DNA of 64,000 nt from Acidimicrobiia bacterium (GCA_049317385.1 JBMOIJ010000011.1:2580-66579); one strand, 5' to 3'. Counted from the stretch's first letter, positions 1 through 11,166 are shown. A program made the numbers and translations. Notes: generated by a model from the sequence alone, not told the origin.

Positions 1-765
1 AAGTTCGACAACCTGTACGGCTGTCGTCACTCGCTCGTCGACGGAATCTGTCGCGCCACCGACGTCATGCTCGCCGGCAAGGTTGCGGTGGTGTGTGGCT
101 ACGGCGACGTCGGCAAGGGTTCGGCGCAGTCGTTGCGTGGTCAGGGTGCGCGCGTCATCATCACCGAGATCGACCCGATCTGTGCGTTGCAGGCCGCCAT
201 GGAGGGCTACCAGGTCCTCACGCTCGAAGACGTCGTCGAAACCGCCGACATCTTCATCACGGCTACTGGCAACCACAACATCATCACGGCCGATCACATG
301 AGCCGGATGAAGCACAACGCGATCGTCGGCAACATCGGTCACTTCGACAACGAAATCGACATGGCGGGTCTCGCCAAGCTCGATGGCGTGAAGAAGGTCG
401 AGATCAAGCCGCAGGTCGACGAGTGGATCTTCCCTGCGCGCCCTGGTTCCGAGCGCGCCGACGGTCACTCGGTGATCGTGCTCGCCGAAGGTCGTTTGCT
501 GAACCTGGGTTGCGCCACTGGTCATCCGAGCTTCGTGATGAGCAACAGCTTCACCAACCAGGTGATCGCGCAGATGGAGCTCTTCGGTCACCCCGACTTC
601 TACGAGAAGCGGGTGTACACGTTGCCCAAGCACCTCGACGAGAAGGTGGCGCGTCTGCACCTCGCCAAGCTGGGCGTGAAGCTCACCCAGCTCTCCGAGG
701 ACCAGGCGTCCTACATCGGCGTGCCGGTCGAAGGCCCGTACAAGCCCGACCACTACCGCTACTAA
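1..765 (+). CDS. ahcY: S-adenosyl-L-homocysteine hydrolase, C-terminal part (5' end lies outside the window)
   Basis: Frame 1 is open from base 1 ([15 protein letters not shown]...). NAD-binding GYGDVGKG motif, then [14 protein letters not shown], ending ...KPDHYRY. Confidence 0.95.
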   Translation, partial: KFDNLYGCRHSLVDGICRATDVMLAGKVAVVCGYGDVGKGSAQSLRGQGARVIITEIDPICALQAAMEGYQVLTLEDVVETADIFITATGNHNIITADHMSRMKHNAIVGNIGHFDNEIDMAGLAKLDGVKKVEIKPQVDEWIFPARPGSERADGHSVIVLAEGRLLNLGCATGHPSFVMSNSFTNQVIAQMELFGHPDFYEKRVYTLPKHLDEKVARLHLAKLGVKLTQLSEDQASYIGVPVEGPYKPDHYRY

Positions 766-830
766 TACGCGGAGTCGAACGGCCCGAAGGGCATCGGGCG
801 GGTATCCCGCTCGACCGTGAGCGCAGCAAT

Positions 831-1448
831 ATGACAGTCACACCCCGGCCGTACGGTCGGGGTGTGATCGTTCTCGACTGGTTGTTGCCGCTGCGATGCG
901 TGGGATGTGGCCGCACGGGTGAACCCGTGTGTGCCGGCTGTGCCGCGGGCCTTTCGGCGCCGCCGGCATTGCCCGTGCCCCCAGGCCTCGATGCGTTCCA
1001 TGTGGCGTACGCGTACGACGGGCTCGCACGCCATGTTGTTGCACAGGCCAAGTACCGCAACGCCGGTGCGGCGCTCGATTGGTGTGGCGACGAATTGCGT
1101 GCCGTGCTCGATGCGGCGGCCGCTCCGACCGTGGCCCTCACGTGGGCACCCACCACGCGTGCGCACCGGCGTCAGCGGGGCTTCGATCCGGCCGAACGCA
1201 TCGCGCGTCGCATCGGCCCCACCATGGCGATGCTGCAACGCGTCACGCACGCTACGCAGACGGGTCACTCGCGCATCGAGCGTCTGCAACACGCGCCGCG
1301 CTTTCGCGCGCGTCGGGGCGTGCCGCCCACGGTTGTCGTCGTCGACGATGTCTGCACCACCGGCGCCACCCTTTCCGCCGCGGCGCACGCGCTGCGCAAG
1401 GCCGGCGCTCGCACCGTCATTGGCGCAGTCTTCGCTCGCACGCCCTAG
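831..1448 (+). CDS. ComF-family phosphoribosyltransferase-like protein
   Basis: N-terminal zinc-ribbon-like LRCVGCG...CAGC and C-terminal PRPP loop VVVVDDVCTTGATL. ATG 831 is in frame with ORF 93..1448. It sits upstream of hpf/secA, as the Rv3242c-like gene does in mycobacteria. Confidence 0.8.
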   Translation: MTVTPRPYGRGVIVLDWLLPLRCVGCGRTGEPVCAGCAAGLSAPPALPVPPGLDAFHVAYAYDGLARHVVAQAKYRNAGAALDWCGDELRAVLDAAAAPTVALTWAPTTRAHRRQRGFDPAERIARRIGPTMAMLQRVTHATQTGHSRIERLQHAPRFRARRGVPPTVVVVDDVCTTGATLSAAAHALRKAGARTVIGAVFARTP

Positions 1449-1467
1449 TGTCAGTACGGTGCTGCGC

Positions 1468-1941
1468 ATGGATCCCGTCACCGTGTGTCTCTGGTTCGAC
1501 ATGAATGCCGAAGCCGCGGTCGAGCTGTACCAGCAGATCTTCGACAACGTCACGGTGCACGAGATTGCTCGCTACGGCGAGGGCGGGCCCGCGCCCGCCG
1601 GTACGGCACTCACGATCGACGTCACCATCGAGGGGCAGCGGCTCACGTTCCTCAACGGCGGTCCCGAGTTCCCGTTGAGCGCGGCGGTCTCGTTGGTGGT
1701 GCGTTGTGACAGTCAGGACGAGGTCGACCGGTACTACGACGCACTCCTTGCCGCCGGCGGCGAGGAGCAGCAGTGCGGCTGGGTTTCCGATCGCTTCGGT
1801 CTGTGCTGGCAGATCGTGCCCAAGCGCTTGCCGGAACTGCTCGGCTCATCGGATCCGGGCGTGGGGGAGCGAGTCATGGCGGCCATGTTGCAGATGAAGA
1901 AGCTCGACATCGCCGCCCTCGAAGCCGCGGCGCGCGGCTGA
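1468..1941 (+). CDS. VOC/PhnB-like protein (3-demethylubiquinone-9 3-methyltransferase-domain family)
   Basis: Translation VTVCLWFD..AEAAVELYQQIF...QCGWVSDRFGLCWQIVP is typical of the PhnB-like glyoxalase-fold family. ATG 1468 is in frame with ORF 907..1941. Confidence 0.7.
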   Translation: MDPVTVCLWFDMNAEAAVELYQQIFDNVTVHEIARYGEGGPAPAGTALTIDVTIEGQRLTFLNGGPEFPLSAAVSLVVRCDSQDEVDRYYDALLAAGGEEQQCGWVSDRFGLCWQIVPKRLPELLGSSDPGVGERVMAAMLQMKKLDIAALEAAARG

Positions 1942-2015
1942 CCGCCCCCGGGATCCACCTGGCCAACCGATCCGCGCTCGTACACTCACGCCGCTGGTTC
2001 GATCGAGGAGTGGTC

Positions 2016-2633
2016 ATGCGCAGGGCGCGTTTTGCAGTTGTGGCGATGATTGCGGCGACTGCCGCGTCGGCGCTGATCGTCGCCGGGTGTTCGTCGAGCA
2101 AGAAGGCGGCGACCACCACGACGGGAGCCAGCACCACCTCCACCACTGCGAAGTCGTCCACGTCGACTGCTGCGGGCTCCACCACAACGGCCGCGGGCGT
2201 TCCGATGTGTCTCACCAAGGACCTCGCCATCACGAACGAGGACTCGCAGGGTGCAGCGGGCACCATCAGCGTGGTGTTCAAGCTCACCAACACCTCGGGT
2301 CGTTCGTGCGAGCTGACCGGCTATCCGGGGATCGCGGCGCAGTTCCAAGACGGGAAAGAAGCGCCCACTACTGCTGAGCGCGGTGGCACCAAGGTGCCGA
2401 GCGCGTGGCCCGGGCCCTCGCGCGTGGTCATCGACAACGGCAAGAGCGGCTACTTCTTCATGGCGTACAGCGACGTTCCCACCGGCAATGGCACGTGCGC
2501 GCAGTTCCCGCGCACCGCAGTGACTCCGCCGAACAACAAGGACAGTGCCTCGGTGGCATTCGGCATCAACCCGTGCACCGTGAATGGCACGTACATCGTG
2601 AATGTGTCAGCGGTTTCGGGTACCAAGCACTGA
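2016..2633 (+). CDS. DUF4232-type secreted lipoprotein
   Basis: Signal peptide with lipobox LIVAGC, a Ser/Thr-rich linker, then CLTKDL...SCELTGYPG typical of DUF4232. GAGGAG lies upstream of ATG 2016. Confidence 0.7.
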   Translation: MRRARFAVVAMIAATAASALIVAGCSSSKKAATTTTGASTTSTTAKSSTSTAAGSTTTAAGVPMCLTKDLAITNEDSQGAAGTISVVFKLTNTSGRSCELTGYPGIAAQFQDGKEAPTTAERGGTKVPSAWPGPSRVVIDNGKSGYFFMAYSDVPTGNGTCAQFPRTAVTPPNNKDSASVAFGINPCTVNGTYIVNVSAVSGTKH

Positions 2634-2850
2634 CCAGGTGATCGCGCGCCGGCGTGGGTCGGCGTGGGGGCAAATCGGACAGCGGTTCACTGACGTGTGT
2701 TTTCGTGGTCAGACGTTGCGCAGCGAGGATGAGGCGCGGGTGACAACCGGGCTCGGAAATCATCCCTCAGGCGCATATAGAAATTCGTCCACCGTTCCGA
2801 CTTCTTGTAGGTCGGGTTTGCGAGACCCGCGAGTTGGAGCGGAGATTGCC

Positions 2851-3024
2851 GTGCAAAACGATCTCGACGTCATGCGGGACGACGAAGAGCTGCGAACTGT
2901 TGATGCAGTGTTGCGCGCCCAGCGCATCGCGCTGATGCGCAATCGGATCGACGCGGGTCTGTACCGGCCGTCGGCCGATGCGGTGGCCGAGTCGTTGGTG
3001 GCCTGGGCCGCCGTCGCCAGCTGA
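2851..3024 (+). CDS. small FlgM-like (anti-sigma-28 family) protein, 57 aa
   Basis: C-terminal RAQRIALMRNRIDAGLYRPSADAVAESLV fits the FlgM pattern R..K[IV]..[LI]K..I..G.Y.[VP]....[IV]A..[LM]. GTG 2851 follows GGAG with a 6-nt spacer. The ORF is small, so this is tentative. Confidence 0.4.
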   Translation: MQNDLDVMRDDEELRTVDAVLRAQRIALMRNRIDAGLYRPSADAVAESLVAWAAVAS

Positions 3025-3062
3025 AGCGCTTCTCACTGCCATATATCCAGCTGAAAAACGCC
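3025..3062 (+). repeat. family-1 palindromic element, copy 1 (AGCGCTTCTCACTGCCATATATCCAGCTGAAAAACGCC)
   Basis: Begins directly after the TGA of the FlgM-like ORF. It differs at about 5 of 38 aligned positions from copy 2 and about 7 of 38 from copy 3. Imperfect hairpin with a 9-10 bp lower stem, a 3-4 bp upper stem and an AT-rich loop. Confidence 0.85.
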
Positions 3063-3076
3063 GCCTGCGGGCGGCG
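3059..3076 (+). other. GC hairpin CGCCGCC-TGCG-GGCGGCG overlapping the right arm of family-1 copy 1
   Basis: Perfect 7-bp stem. It shares CGCC (3059-3062) with the element arm, so the two folds compete for those bases. Confidence 0.5.
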
Positions 3077-3243
3077 GAGGCGAGCCGGTCGGCGCCGCCG
3101 CTGAACTCCGTGAGGGGCCGAACCGGGCTAGTCCGATGCCCCATCGCCCGCCGGGTATGGTCACTCCAGACGTGGACACTCCTGGCTATGCCGGTAGTCA
3201 CTCTGCGTCCCAGCACCTGGTTCGGTCGGTCGATGGAGGACCC

Positions 3244-3810
3244 GTGGACGTCGTTGTACGTGGGAAGAACTGCGTAGTGCCCGAGCGGCTGCAAGAGGTG
3301 GCGGTCGAGAAACTCCCCAAGATCAACAAGTTCGTTCACGACGTCCATCGGGCCGAGGTCGAGTTCTCCGAAGAGAAGAACCCTCGCGTCGCGAACCACT
3401 TCGTCTGCGAGATCACGGTGCACATGCCCAAGCACCTCATGAAGGCGAAGGGCGCGGCTCCCGAAGCGTTCGACGCGCTCGACCGGGCGTTGCACAAGAC
3501 CGAACAGCAGGCGGCCAAGATTCATTCAAAGCGGGTCACTCGTCGGCGGCGGGCCGCGCCGCTCGGTGTGGTGGCCAACGAAGTAGGCGCCGTCGCGGTC
3601 GAAGAGACGCCGACCGAGGAACTTCCCGAGGCGCGCATCGTCAAGACCAAGATCGTCGAGATGCTCGCCATGGACCCCGAGGAAGCGGCGCTGCGCATGG
3701 ACCTGCTCGAGCACGAGTTCTTCTTCTTCAAGAACGCGCGCACGGGCCGGGCTGCGGTGGTGTACCGCCGCAACGACGGCGACCTCGGCGTGTTGGAGTC
3801 CGAGGGCTGA
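3244..3810 (+). CDS. hpf: ribosome hibernation promoting factor, long form
   Basis: VDVVVRGKN...HKTEQQAAKIH N-domain plus the C-terminal dimerisation domain IVKTKIVEMLAMDPEEAALRMDLLEHEFFFFKN. Start is probably GTG 3244 (GGAGGA just upstream); the ORF is open from 3136. Confidence 0.88.
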   Translation: MDVVVRGKNCVVPERLQEVAVEKLPKINKFVHDVHRAEVEFSEEKNPRVANHFVCEITVHMPKHLMKAKGAAPEAFDALDRALHKTEQQAAKIHSKRVTRRRRAAPLGVVANEVGAVAVEETPTEELPEARIVKTKIVEMLAMDPEEAALRMDLLEHEFFFFKNARTGRAAVVYRRNDGDLGVLESEG

Positions 3811-3817
3811 TTCGAAC

Positions 3818-4507
3818 ATGTCGTTGCAGGTCGTTCCCGATCGTCGCGAAGTGGTGCGAGTCCTCATCGTCGACGACCATGCGCTGTTCCGGCGCGGCCT
3901 CGAGAACGTGCTGTCCGGTGAAGTCGACATCGACATCGTCGGAGAAGCAGGCGATGGCATCGAGGCGGTCAAGCGCGTCGACGAGCTCCGCCCCGATGTG
4001 GTGCTCATGGACGTACGCATGCCCAAGGCCACGGGCATCGAGGCGGCGCGACAGATCCACGAACGCTTCCCCGAGGTGAAGGTGATCATGCTCACCGTCT
4101 CCGACGACGAGGACGATCTCTTCGCCGCCGTGCGCGCTGGAGCGGCCGGCTACCTCTTGAAGGAAGTGTCCATCGAAGAGGTGGCCGACGCAGTGCGGTC
4201 GGTGTCACGGGGCCACAGCCTCATCTCGCCGTCCATGGCCACCAAGCTCCTCGCCGAGTTCAACGCGTTGTCGCAGCGGGCCGAAGAGCGGGTGCGCTCA
4301 CAGGCGCCGCGCCTCACCGACCGTGAACTCGAAGTGCTCAAGCTCGTGGCTCGGGGCGACTCCAACAAAGAGATTGCGGGCGAGCTCTTCATCGCCGAGA
4401 ACACGGTGAAGAACCACGTCCGCAACATCCTCGAGAAGCTGCACCTGCACTCCCGGATGGAGGCAGTGGTCTACGCCATGCGCGAGAAGCTCCTCGAGGT
4501 CGAATAG
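3818..4507 (+). CDS. NarL/LuxR-family two-component response regulator (no cognate kinase adjacent)
   Basis: Receiver domain VLIVDDHALFR...DVVLMDVRMP...IMLT plus a LuxR helix-turn-helix LTDRELEVLKLVARGDSNKEIA..L.I.ENTVKNHV. Confidence 0.9.
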   Translation: MSLQVVPDRREVVRVLIVDDHALFRRGLENVLSGEVDIDIVGEAGDGIEAVKRVDELRPDVVLMDVRMPKATGIEAARQIHERFPEVKVIMLTVSDDEDDLFAAVRAGAAGYLLKEVSIEEVADAVRSVSRGHSLISPSMATKLLAEFNALSQRAEERVRSQAPRLTDRELEVLKLVARGDSNKEIAGELFIAENTVKNHVRNILEKLHLHSRMEAVVYAMREKLLEVE

Positions 4508-4522
4508 TCCCGGTTGGCCGCT

Positions 4523-4538
4523 CCCGGACGAATCCGGG
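4523..4538 (+). terminator. small hairpin CCCGGA-CGAA-TCCGGG downstream of the response-regulator gene
   Basis: Perfect 6-bp stem with a GNRA-like loop, 16 nt after the stop. No U-tract follows. Confidence 0.3.
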
Positions 4539-4545
4539 CGACTCC

Positions 4546-4551
4546 TAGAAT
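4546..4551 (+). promoter_or_regulatory. candidate -10 hexamer TAGAAT upstream of secA
   Basis: CCTAGAATCG. The hexamer ends 12 nt before ATG 4564, and there is no SD in between, so the transcript would be leaderless or have a very short leader. Confidence 0.35.
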
Positions 4552-4563
4552 CGGCACTCGCAT

Positions 4564-7257
<2,694 letters not shown>

Positions 7258-7260
7258 CGC

Positions 7261-8361
7261 GTGCGTGATTTCACCGATGATCTGCGCGCATTGTCGCGCC
7301 GAGCCGACGAAGCGGCTGGGTACTTGCGTATCGATGAGTCCCGCGAGCGCCTGGCCGAACTCGAAGCCGAAGCCGCACGTCCCGACCTTTGGGACGATCC
7401 CGAGGTCGCGCGCAAGGTCACCACGGAACTGTCGCGTGTCGGCGATGACGTGAAGTTGGTCGAGGCGCTACAAGCGCGCGTGGCCGATCTCGAGATGCTG
7501 CACGAGCTCGCTCGGGAAGAGGGTGACGAGTCCCAGGAGCCCGAGATCGCGAACGAGATCATCGAAGTCGACCACGAACTCAACCTGCTCGAACTGCGCG
7601 CGCTGTTCACCGGTGAGTACGACGAGCGTGACGCCATCGTGGAAATCAACTCGGGCGCCGGCGGAACCGATGCGGCCGACTGGGCCGAGATGATGTTGCG
7701 CATGTACATCCGCTGGGCGGAACGGCGTGGGTTCGCTGTCGAGATCGAGCAGGTGCGCGAGGGCGAAGAGGCCGGCATCTCATCGGCGACCTTCACGGTG
7801 AAGGGGCGCTACGCGTACGGTCTCCTGTCGGCCGAGCGGGGAGTGCACCGGCTGGTGCGTATCTCGCCCTTCGACGCGAACGCCCGTCGCCAGACCAGCT
7901 TTGCGTCACTCGACTTGGTGCCGGTGATCGAAGAGACCGAGGCGCCTGAGATCGAAGACAAGGACCTGCGGGTCGACACCTATCGCTCGAGCGGTGCGGG
8001 CGGTCAGCACGTCAACAAGACCGACTCTGCGGTGCGGCTCACGCACATTCCCACGGGGATCGTCGTGGCGGTGCAGAACGAGCGCAGTCAGACGCAGAAC
8101 AAGGCGAAGGCCATGCAGATCTTGGCGGCGCGCCTCGCTGAGCGTCAGCGCGAAGAGCGTGAGGCCGAGATGGCGGCCATCAAGGGCGAGAAGCGTGACG
8201 TTGGTTGGGGGAGTCAGATCCGCAGCTACGTGTTGGCGCCGTATCAGTTGGTGAAAGACCTGCGCACCGACCATGAGACGGGCAACGTGCAGGCGGTGCT
8301 CGACGGTGACCTCGATGCCTTCATCGAGGCATTCCTGCAATGGCGCCGTGCCAACGCCTGA
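7261..8361 (+). CDS. prfB: peptide chain release factor 2 (single uninterrupted frame)
   Basis: Contains the SPF tripeptide (RISPFD) and GGQ motif (SGAGGQHVNKTDSAVRLTHIPTG). GTG start. There is no internal in-frame TGA. Confidence 0.95.
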   Translation: MRDFTDDLRALSRRADEAAGYLRIDESRERLAELEAEAARPDLWDDPEVARKVTTELSRVGDDVKLVEALQARVADLEMLHELAREEGDESQEPEIANEIIEVDHELNLLELRALFTGEYDERDAIVEINSGAGGTDAADWAEMMLRMYIRWAERRGFAVEIEQVREGEEAGISSATFTVKGRYAYGLLSAERGVHRLVRISPFDANARRQTSFASLDLVPVIEETEAPEIEDKDLRVDTYRSSGAGGQHVNKTDSAVRLTHIPTGIVVAVQNERSQTQNKAKAMQILAARLAERQREEREAEMAAIKGEKRDVGWGSQIRSYVLAPYQLVKDLRTDHETGNVQAVLDGDLDAFIEAFLQWRRANA

Positions 8362-8404
8362 GGCGGCGCTTCTGACTGTCATATAGCCAGTTGAAAAACG
8401 CCTC
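8362..8404 (+). repeat. family-1 palindromic element, copy 2 (GGCGGCGCTTCTGACTGTCATATAGCCAGTTGAAAAACGCCTC)
   Basis: Begins directly after the prfB TGA. It fills the whole 46-nt spacer to the convergent Ntn-hydrolase gene (stop at 8408). Confidence 0.85.
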
Positions 8405-8407
8405 CGG

Positions 8408-9382
8408 TCACACCTCGGGCAGGAACGCGAACGGCTCGGCCGGCTCGAACTCGGCCGACACCTCGCCCGCTCGAATGGGCCCGTCCTCGGCCACCAGCTT
8501 GAGGACGGGTGCCCCCACGGAGAGGTCCACGCTGGCGAGGTCGACCCAGAAGACGTTGGGGGAGCGGGTCGACTCGAAGTAGTACGTGCGGGTCCCGTGG
8601 TCGGCGACCACGCGCCACAGCGTGGGCGCAATGTTGGGGAGCCCGCTCAACGTCGCGCCCCACGGGACAGAAACGTTGCGAATGAGCGAGAACATCGTGG
8701 CGACCGCGGTGATGGTGTCGTCAGTCGGTTCCACGAGCGACAGGTAGTACGACGCGCGTACGAAGCGGTCGGACGCGCGCTCGGTGCCCGGCAGCATGGC
8801 CTGACCGCCGATCTCGTTCCAGTACGTGGTGAGTGCGAGTTGCTCTTCGAAGTGCGGCTCGTTGGTGGTGACCCGGTAGTCGTAACCGTGGTGAATGCGC
8901 ATGGCCCCGTCAATGAACTCAACGATTGCGTTGTCGCCAGTGGCGTCGACCACTGTGAGATGCACCGTGGGTGCGAAGCCGCCGGGCAGCGCCGGTGACA
9001 CCAACTGGAACGGGTCTTCGCGAAGCGCCGCTACAGCCTCGGCGGTCGTGGCGAACGAGTCGAGGACCCACTGGGCCCAGGCGCCGACGGCGAGGCCCGG
9101 CCGTGTTTCGTCACGCGCCGGGTAGATCGTGGAGGACAAGTACAAGACGCTGGCTGCGAGCCCGGCGTCATTGATGCCGTCGACGGTGGCGCCGTCATAC
9201 ATGCTGGCCACCACGCTGCCGTGTTGGGCGGTCCACTCGAACGAGTTGGTCTTGGCCGCCCCGTGCCGGTGCAGGCCCGCCGGCAATACCCAGAGGTTGG
9301 CCTGGGAGGGCAGCATCCAGTCCAGGGTGCGCCCCGTGATGAGGGTGGTGCCGGTCCCCCGGTAGGTGATCCGACTGCACAT
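8408..9382 (-). CDS. choloylglycine hydrolase / linear amide C-N hydrolase family (Ntn hydrolase)
   Basis: Starts MCSRITYRG.. with the N-terminal nucleophile Cys2, then TGRTLDW and DGINDAGL. I place the start at ATG 9382 rather than ORF start 9580 because the family needs Cys at position 2. Confidence 0.85.
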   Translation of the reverse strand: MCSRITYRGTGTTLITGRTLDWMLPSQANLWVLPAGLHRHGAAKTNSFEWTAQHGSVVASMYDGATVDGINDAGLAASVLYLSSTIYPARDETRPGLAVGAWAQWVLDSFATTAEAVAALREDPFQLVSPALPGGFAPTVHLTVVDATGDNAIVEFIDGAMRIHHGYDYRVTTNEPHFEEQLALTTYWNEIGGQAMLPGTERASDRFVRASYYLSLVEPTDDTITAVATMFSLIRNVSVPWGATLSGLPNIAPTLWRVVADHGTRTYYFESTRSPNVFWVDLASVDLSVGAPVLKLVAEDGPIRAGEVSAEFEPAEPFAFLPEV

Positions 9383-9582
9383 GGAGGGCGAGGCTAGGTG
9401 GTCAGCGGGGTGGCGCCGACCACCACGAAGGCCGCCGGTTCCCGGCCCTGGAACCGCGTTTTGCCCGGTCAGGGGCAAGGTCCGCCACTCGCGTGCCCAG
9501 AGGGCCGACACTGGTCTTCCCGGGGGTGCTGGTACCCTCGACCGGTCACGGAGGCCCACCTCCGGGGCCACCACACTCAACG

Positions 9583-10269
9583 ATGATCACCTTCGAGAAC
9601 GTCACCAAGATCTACAAGGGCGACGTCATCGCGCTGCGGGAGATCGACCTCGAGATCCAAAAGGGAGAGTTCGTCTTCCTGGTCGGGTCGTCGGGGGCCG
9701 GGAAGTCCACCTTCCTGCGCCTGCTGCTGCGCGAAGAGTTGCCCACGTCCGGCCACATCGTGGTGGCGGGACGGGACATCTCGCGCCTGTCGTCGTGGAA
9801 GGTTCCACAGTTGCGTCGCAACATCGGCACCATCTTCCAGGACTTCAAGCTGCTGCCCAGCAAGACCGTCTACGAGAACGTGGCATTCGCGCAGGAAGTC
9901 ATCGGGCGGCCCAAGCACGTGATTCGGGCGCAGGTCCCCCAAGTCCTCGACCTCGTGGGCCTCGGCGAGAAGGCCGAGCGGTTCCCCGACGAGCTCTCCG
10001 GTGGTGAGCAGCAGCGGGTGTCCATCGCTCGTGCTTTCGTGAACCGTCCACTCATCTTGCTGGCCGACGAACCGACTGGGAACCTCGACCCGCAGACCAC
10101 GGTCGGCATCATGCGCTTGCTGGATCGCATCAACCGCACCGGAACCACCATCGTGATGGCTACTCACGACGCTCGCATCGTCGACACCATGCGGCGTCGC
10201 GTCATCGAGCTCGAGCACGGCCAGCTCGTGCGCGACCAAGCGCGCGGCGTGTACGGCGTCGGAGGCTGA
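9583..10269 (+). CDS. ftsE: cell-division ABC transporter ATP-binding protein FtsE
   Basis: [11 protein letters not shown], Walker [10 protein letters not shown], signature [14 protein letters not shown], Walker [14 protein letters not shown]. Confidence 0.95.
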   Translation: MITFENVTKIYKGDVIALREIDLEIQKGEFVFLVGSSGAGKSTFLRLLLREELPTSGHIVVAGRDISRLSSWKVPQLRRNIGTIFQDFKLLPSKTVYENVAFAQEVIGRPKHVIRAQVPQVLDLVGLGEKAERFPDELSGGEQQRVSIARAFVNRPLILLADEPTGNLDPQTTVGIMRLLDRINRTGTTIVMATHDARIVDTMRRRVIELEHGQLVRDQARGVYGVGG

Positions 10270-10272
10270 ACC

Positions 10273-11166
10273 ATGGCGTTGTCCCGTGTTGGCTACTTCT
10301 CACGCGAAACGGTTGTTTCGCTTTCTCGTAACTTCATGATGAGCGTTGCGTGCGTCATCACCATCGCCATCTCGCTGGCGTTGGTCGGCGGTGCGCTCGT
10401 CTACACGAACTGGGTCGACAACGGCACGGCGCGCTGGCAGGGCAACGTTGCATTCGACGTCTTCATGAACGTTGATGCCACCGAGTCACAGATCGCCGAC
10501 GTGCGCCAAGCGCTCGAGAACGACAGCGACGTGAAGAAGGCCTCGTTCCTCGACAAGCAAGCGGCGTACAACGAGTTCAAGTCACTGTTCTCCAAGGAAC
10601 CGGCATTGGTCGAGAACGTCGATGCGGCGTCGTTGCCCACCAGCTTCAAGGTCACCTTGGTGAACGCGAAGACCATCGACACGGTCACCAAGCGATACGC
10701 AACGCGCCCGGGCGTCTGGTCCATTGCCTCACCGTCGCAAGCAGTCAAGGACGAGATCACGCGTGCCGAGCGGACGCGACTCGTGCTCCTGTCGCTGTCG
10801 GCGTTGCTGCTCGTGTCATCGGTGATCCTGGTGATCTTCACGGTGCGGTTGGCCACCCTGGCCCGTCGTCGCGAGATCGAAGTCATGAAACTCGTGGGCG
10901 CGTCCAACTGGTTCGTGCGCATCCCGTTCATGGCCGAAGGCGGTGTGCAGGGGTTGCTCGGTGCGCTCTTCGCCGCGCTCCTCACGGTGGTGGTGGCGAA
11001 GCTCATTCCTGCATTCGCGCAGCCGCCGAAGGGTCCGGGTGGTGTGAGCACGTACTTCATCGACCCGTCGTACGTGGCGTGGACGGTGGGCGGGCTGTTC
11101 CTCTCGGGCATCACCATCGGCGTGGTGGCTGCGTTCATCGGGCTGTATCGCTACCTCGACGTCTGA
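10273..11166 (+). CDS. ftsX: cell-division permease-like protein FtsX
   Basis: Lies immediately downstream of ftsE. Four predicted TM segments with a large first extracytoplasmic loop, and the EIEVMKLVGASNWFVR motif. Confidence 0.9.
   Translation: MALSRVGYFSRETVVSLSRNFMMSVACVITIAISLALVGGALVYTNWVDNGTARWQGNVAFDVFMNVDATESQIADVRQALENDSDVKKASFLDKQAAYNEFKSLFSKEPALVENVDAASLPTSFKVTLVNAKTIDTVTKRYATRPGVWSIASPSQAVKDEITRAERTRLVLLSLSALLLVSSVILVIFTVRLATLARRREIEVMKLVGASNWFVRIPFMAEGGVQGLLGALFAALLTVVVAKLIPAFAQPPKGPGGVSTYFIDPSYVAWTVGGLFLSGITIGVVAAFIGLYRYLDV

Noticed and set aside
93-1448. 451-aa ORF spanning the ahcY 3' end and the comF-like gene as a single protein
   Set aside because: The first 246 codons are an out-of-frame read of ahcY (Arg/His-rich nonsense). 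The ComF-like homology starts at ATG 831.
3022-3054. Family-1 elements as SECIS-like or read-through signals. Reading through the TGA gives similar peptides in all three copies: SASHCHISS*, GGASDCHIAS*, GVSHCHIPSSE...
   Set aside because: The similar peptides follow automatically from DNA conservation in a fixed register. Of about 9 variable columns, only 3 fall at third codon positions, so there is no synonymous bias. Two copies hit a second TGA after 9-10 codons, and nothing in the window indicates selenocysteine machinery. I treat it as an RNA/DNA element rather than coding sequence.
7318-7332. Programmed +1 frameshift site in prfB (E. coli type CTT TGA C)
   Set aside because: At the position homologous to the E. 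coli site (..AGYL|RIDES..) the sequence reads GGG TAC TTG CGT ATC, with no in-frame stop. The whole 366-codon frame is uninterrupted. The CTT TGG at 7387 is just Leu-Trp further downstream.
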